Origin: Candidatus Zixiibacteriota bacterium
GTDB lineage: Bacteria; Zixibacteria; MSB-5A5; UBA10806; 4484-95
DNA: 54,689 bases
Reading direction: 5' to 3'
Assembly: GCA_037441845.1 (NCBI GenBank)
Contig: JBBIRK010000009.1
Location: forward strand, 1-54,689
Part shown: positions 38,238 to 47,908 of the stretch, piece after piece
Position numbering within the stretch: position 1 is the stretch's first letter
Layout of the letters: each line of letters begins with the position of its first letter
Position numbers and translations under genes: made by a program
Notes under the pieces: generated by a model
What the model was told of the DNA's origin: nothing
Database searches by the model: none
What the model saw: the letters and a program-made list of their open reading frames with translations, nothing else

Positions 38238-39428
38238 TCAACTCATCTCCTTGGCCAGCTTGACCGCTTTTCGAGCGATCTCTTCTATCGGCACCTCTAT
38301 ACCGTGAAAATCGATATTTCGAAATAGTTCCGGCGATTCCTTTTTGGCCTCCTCGAAAATCCGCACCCCTTCTTCCCACATATTGCCGGTCATTCTCAAA
38401 ACCATCGGCTTGGAAAGGCCGTGCTCTTTCAAAAACATCACCACCCCTTTGGCGAAATCGTCGCAGCGGGAAATGCCGCCGAAACGTGCCGCGAAAATGA
38501 CCTTAACCCGGGGATTATCGTCGAGGAGTTCCAGCATTTTGGCCAGCCGTTCGGGAGTCGGTCCTCCGCCCGAATCCATGAAATTCGCCGGCCTTCCGCC
38601 GAAATGCACGATGAAATCGTTGCCCATGATGCCGAATCCGGCGCCGCCCGGGAACATGCCGATATCACCGTCAAGATCGAGATATGGAATGTCGTGTTGA
38701 CGAGCCAGCTTTTCGCGCTCCGTCAACTCACCCTCTTCATGCCTTTTTTCGATTCCTCTTTCAGCCAGTTGCGGGTGCCGGAAAAGAGCATCGTCATCGA
38801 GACTGACTCGGGCGTCTCCGCAGATGAAATTGTCATCGAGGGTCAGTATCAGGGGATTTATTTCGGCCAGTTTGCAATCGAGCGTTTTGTAGAATTTGAA
38901 TAGCGACATGGCTATTTTTGCGAAATCGCGAATCTTATTCGAGGAAATACCGAGTTTTTTCGCCAGATTCAACGCCTGAAATTCGTAAAACTCCTGATCG
39001 ATATCGAATTCGAGTTTAATTATCTTTTGCGGCGAACGCTCCGCCACCTCCTCGATTTCCACACCTCCCTCGGCGCAGGCGATAAGGGCCAACTTGTAGT
39101 CGGCTCGGTTCAGAGTGATGCCGAGATAAAACTCTTGCTTGATTTTTATCGCCTTTTCGATCAAGAGTTTCTCGACCGGAAAGCCTTTAATTTTTAATTC
39201 AAGGATCCGCCTGGCTTTCTCAATGACTTCGGATTCATTATCGGCCGATTTAATGCCGCCGGCCTTTCCCCTGCCTCCGGTCAGCACTTGAGCCTTTATC
39301 ATGACCGGAAATCCTATGGCGGTCGCGGCGTTTTCGGCTTCGGCGGGTGTCGATACCAATTGCGCTTGGGGAACGGGTAAACTGAACTCTTGGTATAATT
39401 GCTTGGCTTCGAATTCGTAAAGTCGCAA
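38238..39428 (-). CDS. sucC: Succinate--CoA ligase subunit beta (or paralog)
   Basis: RLYEFEAK, KAQVLTGGRGKAGGI, EGGVEIEE, EINPL, PANFMD, FGGISRCD; TTG start after AAAGGAGG. Confidence 0.88.
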   Translation of the reverse strand: MRLYEFEAKQLYQEFSLPVPQAQLVSTPAEAENAATAIGFPVMIKAQVLTGGRGKAGGIKSADNESEVIEKARRILELKIKGFPVEKLLIEKAIKIKQEFYLGITLNRADYKLALIACAEGGVEIEEVAERSPQKIIKLEFDIDQEFYEFQALNLAKKLGISSNKIRDFAKIAMSLFKFYKTLDCKLAEINPLILTLDDNFICGDARVSLDDDALFRHPQLAERGIEKRHEEGELTEREKLARQHDIPYLDLDGDIGMFPGGAGFGIMGNDFIVHFGGRPANFMDSGGGPTPERLAKMLELLDDNPRVKVIFAARFGGISRCDDFAKGVVMFLKEHGLSKPMVLRMTGNMWEEGVRIFEEAKKESPELFRNIDFHGIEVPIEEIARKAVKLAKEMS

Positions 39429-39469
39429 TAATCCTCCTTTGCGAAAAACGACGATAATTGCCGGCATTG

Positions 39470-39498
39470 ATGATAAAAAAACATTATTGTCAAGTCAA
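39470..39498 (-). promoter_or_regulatory. Putative sigma70 promoter of the sucC operon
   Basis: TTGACT-N17-TATCAT on the minus strand. Confidence 0.55.
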
Positions 39499-39522
39499 CG
39501 GCAATCGGGAATGGGAAATCGA

Positions 39523-39721
39523 CTATCGATGCTTGTCGCTGCTCTTCTTGAAACGACTCTTATTTCTTGTATCCATCTTTTCGGTGGCGTATTGTATAAT
39601 TCAGACGCGGAGCGGTATCTTTCCTCTCGAGAAGGAATTGTTCGACGAGTGATGCATCCTTTTTCCAGCATTTGCGCAAAAACCAGCCCAAACCCTGCTG
39701 AATCTACCGCTGGTGGTCCTT
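39523..39721 (-). pseudogene. 3' remnant of a DNA alkylation repair (AlkD-like) gene
   Basis: Hand translation KDHQR*IQQGLGWFLRKCWKKDASLVEQFLLERKDTAPRL, then +1 nt, IIQYATEKMDTRNKSRFKKSSDKHR*; in-frame TAG at 39704-06 and frameshift at ~39601. Confidence 0.7.
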
Positions 39722-39777
39722 GTAGCAAGAAAAACTGAGGTTTTGCCCTCATTTGCTGTCCCTATCGCCAGCCCTGC

Positions 39778-39806
39778 TTGACTTGCGCGAACCTGCATAG
39801 TATCAT
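39778..39806 (+). promoter_or_regulatory. Putative sigma70 promoter, leaderless for the sensor kinase
   Basis: TTGACT-N17-TATCAT-N6-ATG(39813), no SD sequence. Confidence 0.6.
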
Positions 39807-39812
39807 CAATAA

Positions 39813-41870
39813 ATGGCTTCTGGAGATCGATATGCGGGTTTTTTGAATTATCGTCTGATTATCCTGGGTGTGGTATTTCTTGCGGTTTTGATAACCATGC
39901 TGGGATACTACACGACCTCGGCGGGGCAACATGCGACATTGGCATCGCTGACCCGACAAGGCAAAGCATTGACGACCGTGCTCATTTCTTCCGCGGATAA
40001 TATCATCAAGTCGGATCGGTTGTTGACGGAATCGGCGATCGATCGTATCGCCGCCGAATTCAGATTGACGGCCGAAAGCCCCGGTTCGGAATCGCGAATT
40101 ATTGATAATTTATGGGTGCGACTCGGCCTTATTCGAATCGAATTGCTCGACGTTAAAATGAATCGGACCTTTTCGCGCGATGAAGCGCCGCTTTCTATTT
40201 CGGATGAACTCGACAGCCTGCAAAGATCGTTTCTGGCGACCGTTCGCCTCGATGACACCTACTCGATCGCATACGAAATCCGCTCGATTGCAGGCGCGCA
40301 GTTTCTTTTCGCTTTATTGCCTTTTCATACGGATCGGCATTGCCTCATAGTCAAGCCTTGGAACGAGGGTTCACGCAAGGAAACATCGCTTTCTCTTCCC
40401 TATCTGCTGAATCAGCTATCGAGTCAGGCGGGAGTGGAATATATCGTGCTGCAAAATTACGACGGCATCGTGTTCGCGTCGAAAATAGTTTCTCAGATGG
40501 ACCGGATACAAGGTGACCCGTTTTTAATAAAAGCATTCGAATCCGATTCGGCGATTTCCCGCATCCTGCCCTTCGAAGATCGCGAGGTGTTGGAAATCGT
40601 GCAGCGGTTCGATTCGGGTGAAAGTTTCCAAGGATTATTCAGGGTCGGACTGTCATTATACGGTTACCGACAATCAGCGTTGTCGTTCAAACGGCAGGTA
40701 TGGCTTTCCCAGGCGCTGCTTTTGATTTTGGTGGTCGTCGGGATGGCGTTCCTGATCGGGCGGCAGACTTTAAGCAAGGCGAAATATAAGCTGGATAAGG
40801 CGGCAGCGATATCATCATCGCTGCACGATTCGATCGCCGGGATCGTGATGTCGGTTGACACTCGGCTTACAATCACCACGGCGAACGCCAGGGCGAGGGA
40901 GTTGTTCGGAATCCGCGTTTTCGAAGCGGAAGGATCGAAAAATTACGCGGAACTATTTCCGGGTGATCCATTCAGGTTCGCCCAAGTGATAAAGACCGGT
41001 ATGCAAAACAGTTTTGAAACTCATTTTGAGCTGAATGATAAGACGATCATGCTGTATGTGTCCACCAGTCCTATTGTCGGCGCGGATGGTCGGGTCGCCG
41101 GCGCCATCACCATCGCCCAAGATATATCCGAAAAACAGGCGACAGAACGACAGGCCGAGCGCTCACGACGGCTGATGGAACTTGGTTCGCTGGCGGCCGG
41201 TCTTGCGCACGATATCCGCAATCCTCTCAATGCGATCGGGCTGGCGATCCAGCGAATGAAGAAGGAAATAGTAATTGAAAAAGGAAAGGCGGAGTTCGAA
41301 GAGTTTATAGGGGCTATGGAAAAGCAGCAAGCGGAGCTGTCTCAATTGGTGGAAAAAATTCTGTCGGTAGCCCGGGCATCGACAATCAACAAGAAGCCGA
41401 CAAGCTTGAAAACCGCGATCAACGACATCATCGTAATTTACGCCAACGAGGCGGCCGACAGGAACATCAAGCTGCTCACCGAAATGGAAGATATAAATTT
41501 GCCTTTGGATCTTCCCTCGTTTCAAAGCCTCATTTCGAATCTTATCAAAAACGCTTTCGAGGCGATAAACCGCAACGGAACGGTAAAAATCAAAGGCGAA
41601 ACCGTCACCAACCCAAACGGCACGGTTTCCGCGCGGATTTCAATTGAGGACGATGGCCGGGGAATGAATGCCGAGCAATTGAATAATCTTTTCAAACCTT
41701 TTTATACGACTAAGCCCGGCGGCACGGGGATCGGTCTGGCCGCCGCTTATAAAATCGCGGTAGATCATGGCGGCGACTTGGGAGCGATTTCCAAAGAGGG
41801 CGGGCCGACCACATTCATCCTGACGTTGCCGATCGAGGAGACAAATGAGAATAATCGTAATCGACGATGA
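39813..41870 (+). CDS. Membrane sensor histidine kinase with periplasmic and PAS domains (ZraS-like)
   Basis: Two TM helices, PAS, LAHDIRNPL, NLIKNA, DDGRG, FKPFYTTK, GTGIGL. Confidence 0.93.
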   Translation: MASGDRYAGFLNYRLIILGVVFLAVLITMLGYYTTSAGQHATLASLTRQGKALTTVLISSADNIIKSDRLLTESAIDRIAAEFRLTAESPGSESRIIDNLWVRLGLIRIELLDVKMNRTFSRDEAPLSISDELDSLQRSFLATVRLDDTYSIAYEIRSIAGAQFLFALLPFHTDRHCLIVKPWNEGSRKETSLSLPYLLNQLSSQAGVEYIVLQNYDGIVFASKIVSQMDRIQGDPFLIKAFESDSAISRILPFEDREVLEIVQRFDSGESFQGLFRVGLSLYGYRQSALSFKRQVWLSQALLLILVVVGMAFLIGRQTLSKAKYKLDKAAAISSSLHDSIAGIVMSVDTRLTITTANARARELFGIRVFEAEGSKNYAELFPGDPFRFAQVIKTGMQNSFETHFELNDKTIMLYVSTSPIVGADGRVAGAITIAQDISEKQATERQAERSRRLMELGSLAAGLAHDIRNPLNAIGLAIQRMKKEIVIEKGKAEFEEFIGAMEKQQAELSQLVEKILSVARASTINKKPTSLKTAINDIIVIYANEAADRNIKLLTEMEDINLPLDLPSFQSLISNLIKNAFEAINRNGTVKIKGETVTNPNGTVSARISIEDDGRGMNAEQLNNLFKPFYTTKPGGTGIGLAAAYKIAVDHGGDLGAISKEGGPTTFILTLPIEETNENNRNRR

Positions 41871-43185
41871 AAAGACCCAAAGACAGTTGCTGGCGGGATT
41901 TCTGCAAAAACAGGGGTATAACGTCCGGCAGGCCGACTCGGGTAAAGAAGCCCTTGCGCTGATCGAAAAAGAAGGCGCGGAATTGGCGATAACCGATATG
42001 CGGATGCCGGAAATGGACGGTTTGACGCTTCTGAACGAAATAAGGAACAATTATCCCGACACGGCGGTAATCGTTATCACCGCCTACGCCTCGGTCGAGA
42101 GCGCGGTGAAAGCGATGCAATCCGGGGCGGCCGATTATCTGATTAAACCGATAAATCTCGAACAATTATCGATAATTATTCAGAAGATCGAAAAAAATCA
42201 ACGCCTGATCGCGGAAAATCTTTATTTGAAACGGCGGCTGGAGACAGTCGAATCGTTTCCCGACATGTTAGGACGTTCGGAATCATTTCTTAAGGTGTTG
42301 GCGGATATTTCTCTCGTGGCCAGGTCTGATTCGACCGTATTGATCCGAGGCGAATCCGGGACGGGAAAAGAGCTCGCGGCAAGAGCGATTCATGCCGGTT
42401 CGAACCGCAAGGACGGTCCGTTTTTGGCGGTGAACTGCGCCGCACTGCCGGAGACTTTGCTCGAGTCCGAATTATTCGGCTACGAAAGGGGAGCTTTTAC
42501 CGGTGCGGCCAAGCGGCGGATCGGCCGTTTTGAATTGGCCGACGGTGGAACGTTGTTTCTCGATGAAATTGGCGATTTGCCCATGCCGATCCAGGTCAAA
42601 CTCCTACGCGTGCTCGAATCGAAAACGTTCGAGAGACTCGGAGGAAACACCAGTATCAAAGTCGATATCAGATTGATTGCGGCCACCAACCGCGACCTCG
42701 AAGAAAGAATCACCGCAGGGCTGTTCAGGGAGGACCTTTTCTATCGGCTGAACGTCGTGCCCCTGTTTCTGCCGCCGCTAAGGCAACGCAAAGATGACAT
42801 TTTGTTTTTGGCTGGGCATTTCATCAAGCGATTTTCGGCGCGCAGCGGGCGGGCAATAAGCGGTTTAACCCCGAAAGCGAAAGACATGTTGATGCGTTAC
42901 CCTTGGCCGGGGAATATCCGCGAACTGGAAAACACTATCGAAAGGGCGGTCGTCCTTTGCCGAGGAGATGTAATCGATGTCGATTCGCTTGGCGGCATAG
43001 TCGCGGAAGCGATTCAGGGAAGCGCCGAAAGCCAATCTCTGAATCTGGCCGAGATCGAAAAAGAAACGATAATTAAAGCGATAAAAAAGGCCGATGGGAA
43101 ATTGGCCCAGGCGGCAACCCTTCTGGGGATTCATCGGAATACCCTGCGTTTGAAAATCAGACAATACAAGATCGAGACTCCGTGA
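41845..43185 (+). CDS. Sigma54-dependent response regulator (NtrC/ZraR family)
   Basis: [45 protein letters not shown]. Confidence 0.96.
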   Translation: MRIIVIDDEKTQRQLLAGFLQKQGYNVRQADSGKEALALIEKEGAELAITDMRMPEMDGLTLLNEIRNNYPDTAVIVITAYASVESAVKAMQSGAADYLIKPINLEQLSIIIQKIEKNQRLIAENLYLKRRLETVESFPDMLGRSESFLKVLADISLVARSDSTVLIRGESGTGKELAARAIHAGSNRKDGPFLAVNCAALPETLLESELFGYERGAFTGAAKRRIGRFELADGGTLFLDEIGDLPMPIQVKLLRVLESKTFERLGGNTSIKVDIRLIAATNRDLEERITAGLFREDLFYRLNVVPLFLPPLRQRKDDILFLAGHFIKRFSARSGRAISGLTPKAKDMLMRYPWPGNIRELENTIERAVVLCRGDVIDVDSLGGIVAEAIQGSAESQSLNLAEIEKETIIKAIKKADGKLAQAATLLGIHRNTLRLKIRQYKIETP

Positions 43186-43297
43186 ATCGGCTTTACGGGC
43201 TTTGCTTATAGGGCGGCTCGTCGTCCGCGTTTTCTCGTTAAATAAAATTCCAACATCTTTTCAGGCAAAATGGTCTTGAATGCGCCGGATTCGGAAT

Positions 43298-43693
43298 TCA
43301 GCGTTTAATCTTTTTGGTCAGCTGTTCCTCGCTTTTCGGTTTTTGCCTTTCGGGAGGCGCTTCCTTTTTCGGTTGCGGTTGGTTTTCACGCGGTCCCGCC
43401 TTATCTCTTTTTATTTCCGGCGGCTTTGACTTTTGGAAATTATCATTTATGCCGTCGCCATCCGCATCGATAAAGTTATCCTTTTCGATCTTGGCCGGTT
43501 CCGGCGGCGGAGGTGGTTGATGTGTCCCCTCGGGTGTTTTTGATGGCCTTGCCTTCGTTTCCGGTGATTGGCTTTTTGCCGTTGCCGAATCGGCGCCGCT
43601 CTTGGGCACCTTTTTAACCGCCATCAACTCTTGATTCGCCGCGAAGGTCATCAGCACGATGGCAATTGCTACAAGTTTCGGTTTCCAGTTCAT
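43298..43693 (-). CDS. Small secreted Pro/Lys-rich protein with DxDxDG motif
   Basis: Signal peptide, low-complexity body, FIDADGDGIND; start overlaps the upstream stop (ATGA). Confidence 0.75.
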   Translation of the reverse strand: MNWKPKLVAIAIVLMTFAANQELMAVKKVPKSGADSATAKSQSPETKARPSKTPEGTHQPPPPPEPAKIEKDNFIDADGDGINDNFQKSKPPEIKRDKAGPRENQPQPKKEAPPERQKPKSEEQLTKKIKR

Positions 43694-45105
43694 TTTCTTC
43701 CCCTCTTATGATTTGAATTTTGGCTGTCATCTTTGCGCGTCGGTTCCATTTTCGAAGGCTGCTTTCCGCTATCCTTGCTCTTGATTTCCCGATTTTCGGG
43801 TTTTTGAGAATCATCGTCGTTTTTTTGGGGCGATGACTTTTTCTCTTTGATTACCTTGGGTGCGTCTTTTTCGATCTCAGCGGGCTGTTTAATCAGCGGT
43901 TTAGCCTCGGTATCGGTGATTTTCCGCCTGTTTCCCATATCATCTCTGGTCGGAGTTATTCCGCGGATTCGATCCGGCGACGAATTGTCGTATTTGCGAT
44001 CTTCCCTGCCCTGGATCGGCCGCCCGCTGTCGAGCTTGACGGCTCTATCGATGTCGGTCTCATACACCTTCACCTTATAACCGCGATCACCGCCCACGTT
44101 CTGTTTTTTGCCGCCGTATTTTTCGATAATTTTATCCGGAGGCCGGCGAAGGACTTTTTCGGTTCGGATCTTGTGTTTCGAGTTATCGGTGAAAAAGTCG
44201 TCCTCGTTTTTATATCTTTCGTGTTTGAGCTCCCAACGTCTAATTTTATCGTCATCACGGCCATCGTAACGCACGATTCGGCCATCGCGGCGTTTTATTT
44301 TGACATCGACGTGCGCCCGGCGTCCTTGATAAACATAAACATAATCATGCCAGCAAGGGTAGCCGTTGTAGTATATCCATACCCAGTGACGGCCTATATA
44401 AATCGAAGGAACAAGAATCGGGGCGATTCCCCAGTAACATCCGTCTATCCAAACCTCGCAGCCCGGCCAGTCGACGCCGATCCAGACCGAGCCCACCGCA
44501 TACGGATCGTAGTACCAATGACGATACCAGCGATGATGGCGATAATAGTTGTTGATGTAGAAAGAGACCGATGCCTGCACATAGGGGCCGTTCACTATCC
44601 TATCGTTCAAATCGGCGACGAACCGTTCCCTTTCCCCGCGGGTGGCGTGCACGAAATCCGAGTTATAGTAATCCCAGTCGCTGTAGTCGTATGATTCGTA
44701 TCGGATAAAATCGGGCGGCCTGATATAGTCGTAACTGGCGATTGCATAAATGTATTCGTAGCCCCGAGGCCCGCTGATTTCAAGCCGGTAATCGTCCTGG
44801 TAATCGGGGATGCGATAAATTTTTCCTCCTTCGACGAAACAGTCGTTGTCGTAATCGCGAGGGAATAGAACTCCCACATTGCCGGCCGGGTCGATATCAT
44901 ACACTACCACATAGCAATCGTCGCTGGCGCGGAAATACACGGCAACGTCCTCGCCGTAATAGTAGGTCGCATCATCGCCTTTATTAACCCAGATGTCTAT
45001 ATCAAGGTTACTTGTCTTACGCAAGCCGTGCTGTTCGCCGCGGCTGTTTGCGGTCAAGCCGGCCATGAGCAACATCATCGTTATCAGGATTCTGTATTTG
45101 GTCAT
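43690..45105 (-). CDS. Secreted DUF4384-like / PEGA-like domain protein with charged disordered tail
   Basis: Signal peptide; IWVNK..TYYYGE.V..YFRAS.DCYVVVYDID..G.V.VLFP; CEVWIDG..WG.AP PEGA-like segment. Confidence 0.75.
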   Translation of the reverse strand: MTKYRILITMMLLMAGLTANSRGEQHGLRKTSNLDIDIWVNKGDDATYYYGEDVAVYFRASDDCYVVVYDIDPAGNVGVLFPRDYDNDCFVEGGKIYRIPDYQDDYRLEISGPRGYEYIYAIASYDYIRPPDFIRYESYDYSDWDYYNSDFVHATRGERERFVADLNDRIVNGPYVQASVSFYINNYYRHHRWYRHWYYDPYAVGSVWIGVDWPGCEVWIDGCYWGIAPILVPSIYIGRHWVWIYYNGYPCWHDYVYVYQGRRAHVDVKIKRRDGRIVRYDGRDDDKIRRWELKHERYKNEDDFFTDNSKHKIRTEKVLRRPPDKIIEKYGGKKQNVGGDRGYKVKVYETDIDRAVKLDSGRPIQGREDRKYDNSSPDRIRGITPTRDDMGNRRKITDTEAKPLIKQPAEIEKDAPKVIKEKKSSPQKNDDDSQKPENREIKSKDSGKQPSKMEPTRKDDSQNSNHKRGRK

Positions 45106-45160
45106 TTCAACACCGCCTTTCTTTTACGTGAAGTCCGATATTGTCGTTATAATGAATAAC

Positions 45161-46027
45161 TTACTTTATCGCCGTCTCGCCGCCGGCCGCCGTGTTGTCG
45201 GCTGGTGCAGGTTGATGCTTGACCGCCGTCGGGTTGATCTTGAGTTCGCGGTTGCCCGGATCGGTCTGGTAGGCCCAAGAAAACTGCATAGAACGCGGCC
45301 CCGAACGCAGATCGTTAATCCTGATTTTGGCATAATGCCACTCATTGAAATGATTCAATTTCAACAAATACACATGTCCCTCGATCGCCTCGGCATAGCG
45401 GAATCCCGACCAACCGTACTCGGGTGAGTAACCGACATCGTCGAAATCGGCGGCATAGCCGAAATCCTGGATATAATAATCGTCATGGCGCACGGCGACG
45501 AAATAGCCACCGGCGTCAGCGTCGTAATCGAGATATATATCGCAATCGACGTCATCATAGGGAACGTATGCGCCGGCATAGAGATCGAATCCGCTGCGGT
45601 TATAATATGAACTTTCGTGATAATCATAAATGACTTCGTTATGACCCTCGGGTCGAGGCGTGTCCATTACGTAATCGGATAACTCCGATTCCTGCCCGGA
45701 ATAATCGACGGCCGATATACGGTAATAATAGGTATGGCCGTTGGTCACGTTGCGATCGATATAGTCGTCGTCATTATAGTCGACCGTGGCCAGGCGATGG
45801 AAACCGCCGTAGGCTCCGGATTCACTACGGTAAATATGATAGAATTCGATATCCGGCTCATCGACGATATACCAATATAAATAGACTTCGCCGTCGCCGG
45901 TAATCGAGTTCAGTCCGGTCGGCGCGGCAGGTTCGTAATCGTATCCATGATCGACAATTACATCGTTATCGGCGCAGGAAATCATGGTCAATGCCACGGC
46001 CACTATTATTGCTGCAATCGATCTCAT
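45161..46027 (-). CDS. Tyr/Asp-rich lipoprotein with fibronectin type III domain
   Basis: GGAGG RBS before ATG 46027, lipobox MISC, PAAPTGL..GDGEV.L.W...YYYRISAVD.SG.ES. Confidence 0.82.
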   Translation of the reverse strand: MRSIAAIIVAVALTMISCADNDVIVDHGYDYEPAAPTGLNSITGDGEVYLYWYIVDEPDIEFYHIYRSESGAYGGFHRLATVDYNDDDYIDRNVTNGHTYYYRISAVDYSGQESELSDYVMDTPRPEGHNEVIYDYHESSYYNRSGFDLYAGAYVPYDDVDCDIYLDYDADAGGYFVAVRHDDYYIQDFGYAADFDDVGYSPEYGWSGFRYAEAIEGHVYLLKLNHFNEWHYAKIRINDLRSGPRSMQFSWAYQTDPGNRELKINPTAVKHQPAPADNTAAGGETAIK

Positions 46028-46063
46028 CTCGAAACCTCCATTGTCATTTTTGCAGGAATATAA

Positions 46064-46080
46064 ATCAAGAAGCATGCCAC
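46064..46080 (-). promoter_or_regulatory. Sigma54 (-24/-12) promoter, GA variant at -12
   Basis: Minus strand GTGGCATGCTTCTTGAT: GG(46078-77)-N10-GA(46066-65). Confidence 0.6.
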
Positions 46081-46151
46081 CCGCGGCAATTCTAATAATT
46101 CATTGACTTATAAGCGGTTGTGGAATTGGATATGCGTCCAGATTGATTCAT

Positions 46152-46203
46152 TCGCACAATTTTCGTGCGATTTACAATAGTGTACGCACGGAGTATGAGC
46201 GTA
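46152..46203. promoter_or_regulatory. Tandem enhancer-like palindromes (upstream activating sequences)
   Basis: TCGCAC-N7-GTGCGA (46152-70) and ACGCAC-N7-GAGCGT (46184-202), centres 32 bp apart. Confidence 0.65.
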
Positions 46204-46402
46204 TCGATTTCACTTATCTTCTATAGGAAATTATGGGATACTTCGCCTTGGCCTGAAGAATATAAAGGCTTGGAACCGGATCAATCGGCAGAGGGATAGA
46301 TTTCACCGCGAAGTTAATTATTTCCGTAACATATCCAATGGAAATTATTGTATAATTATTCAACATTAAATTGGCAAGAATTCCGGCAATGCAGGAGATT
46401 AA

Positions 46403-47908
46403 ATGGCAAGAGTAAAATTATTATCGTTCGGATTAAGTTTGGCTCTGATCATTTGGGGATGCGAAAAAAAATCGGATGCCGGGCTGAGATTCGATATGGA
46501 AAAGCAGCTGGCCCAAGCCGATGAGCTAAAGCAGAGGATGATCGACAAAGGCCAGCCGCTGACTTCCGCTGAATTCGATTCCCTTTTCGCAGCCTATGGC
46601 AAAGTGGTGAAAGCGATCAAGGCAACATCCGATTCCGTCCAGATAGCTCGGGCGTCGGCGGAAAGGAAGCAGGCCTGGAACATAGCGGCGTTGGCACAGA
46701 CGCGGATCGGTCTTCTTTATCTCGATAAAAGGGATTACGCCAAGGCGTTCGAAAGTTTCAAGAGAGTCTATGACAATCCGATAACCACGCCGGTTCAGCG
46801 CAACGCGGTAAAATCGTATCTGGCGATCGCCAAAGAAAAGGGCCGGGATTACAAAGCCGCAGCCAGATTATATGCGGAACTTGCCCAGGAATATCTTCCT
46901 TTGGTCGTGCCGCAAAATCCCAATATGGATGCCCTGGGGGGAATGATAAAATCGGCCGAATTGTATCGCAAGGCCGGCGATTATGTTTCTTTCGACACCA
47001 TGCTCCAGCGGGCGCGCGAGTATTATGGTCGCCTCGAAAAGGAATATCCGGGAACCCAGGTGGCCAATGTCGCTATCGGCAAGAGAATCGCCGCATATTT
47101 GCAACAGGATAAATATAAAGAGGCGATCGCCGCACTCGAACTCGTGCGCGATGATTCCATAGGTGGGCCGCCGCCGCAAATCCTGCTCATGATCGGCGAG
47201 ATTCAGATGAATAACTTGAAAGACTTTTACCAGGCGGAGAATACTTACAGGAGATTCATAAAGGCATTTCCCAACGATCCCAGACTATCCGCGGCGAAAA
47301 TAGCACTCGGTCTTTGTCTATATGAGCAGAAAAGATACGCGGATGCCCGTAACGCCGTGAAAGAAATGGAAGGAAGACAGAGCGGAAATCCTATGAGCAT
47401 CGAAGCCGATTATCTGATGGCGCTTTGCTATGAGAAAGAAGGCCAATGGGATCGAGCGTTGGCTAAACTCAATTTCATTCAAGCGACCTATCCCGGTTCG
47501 GAAAAAGGATTCGAGTCGGCGCTATACATAGCCAATTATTATAAGCAGAAAGGTGACCATAAACTCAGCTCGAGGGCTTTCAGTCAAGCCGAGGAGTATA
47601 TAAAGAAATATACCGATCCGGCCACCTCGAACCCGGCGGTGGCCGCCAGAGCGCAAGGATATCTCGTTCGTTGCTATCTTGAGATGGAGAATTTCCAGGC
47701 CGCGGTCGCCGCATTAAAAACGCTTCATGAGAAATTCCCCAAGACCACCGAGGGGATGTTTGCTCCGCTGAAACTTGCGGATCTGTATGAAAATATTATC
47801 GGCGACAAGAGCCAAGCAGCCGAATGGCTTAGGATTTTCGCAGAGAAAAATCCCGATTCGGATAATATCGACGAAATCAACGCCCACATCAAGGCGCTCT
47901 TGAATTAA
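46403..47908 (+). CDS. TPR-repeat lipoprotein
   Basis: AGGAG RBS, lipobox IWGC, many TPR-like helical repeats ending in YP/FP. Confidence 0.85.
   Translation: MARVKLLSFGLSLALIIWGCEKKSDAGLRFDMEKQLAQADELKQRMIDKGQPLTSAEFDSLFAAYGKVVKAIKATSDSVQIARASAERKQAWNIAALAQTRIGLLYLDKRDYAKAFESFKRVYDNPITTPVQRNAVKSYLAIAKEKGRDYKAAARLYAELAQEYLPLVVPQNPNMDALGGMIKSAELYRKAGDYVSFDTMLQRAREYYGRLEKEYPGTQVANVAIGKRIAAYLQQDKYKEAIAALELVRDDSIGGPPPQILLMIGEIQMNNLKDFYQAENTYRRFIKAFPNDPRLSAAKIALGLCLYEQKRYADARNAVKEMEGRQSGNPMSIEADYLMALCYEKEGQWDRALAKLNFIQATYPGSEKGFESALYIANYYKQKGDHKLSSRAFSQAEEYIKKYTDPATSNPAVAARAQGYLVRCYLEMENFQAAVAALKTLHEKFPKTTEGMFAPLKLADLYENIIGDKSQAAEWLRIFAEKNPDSDNIDEINAHIKALLN

Noticed and set aside
39439..39798. 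Short ORFs of 64-99 aa on both strands
   Set aside because: No protein-like features; the region is better explained by the AlkD-like relic and two divergent promoters
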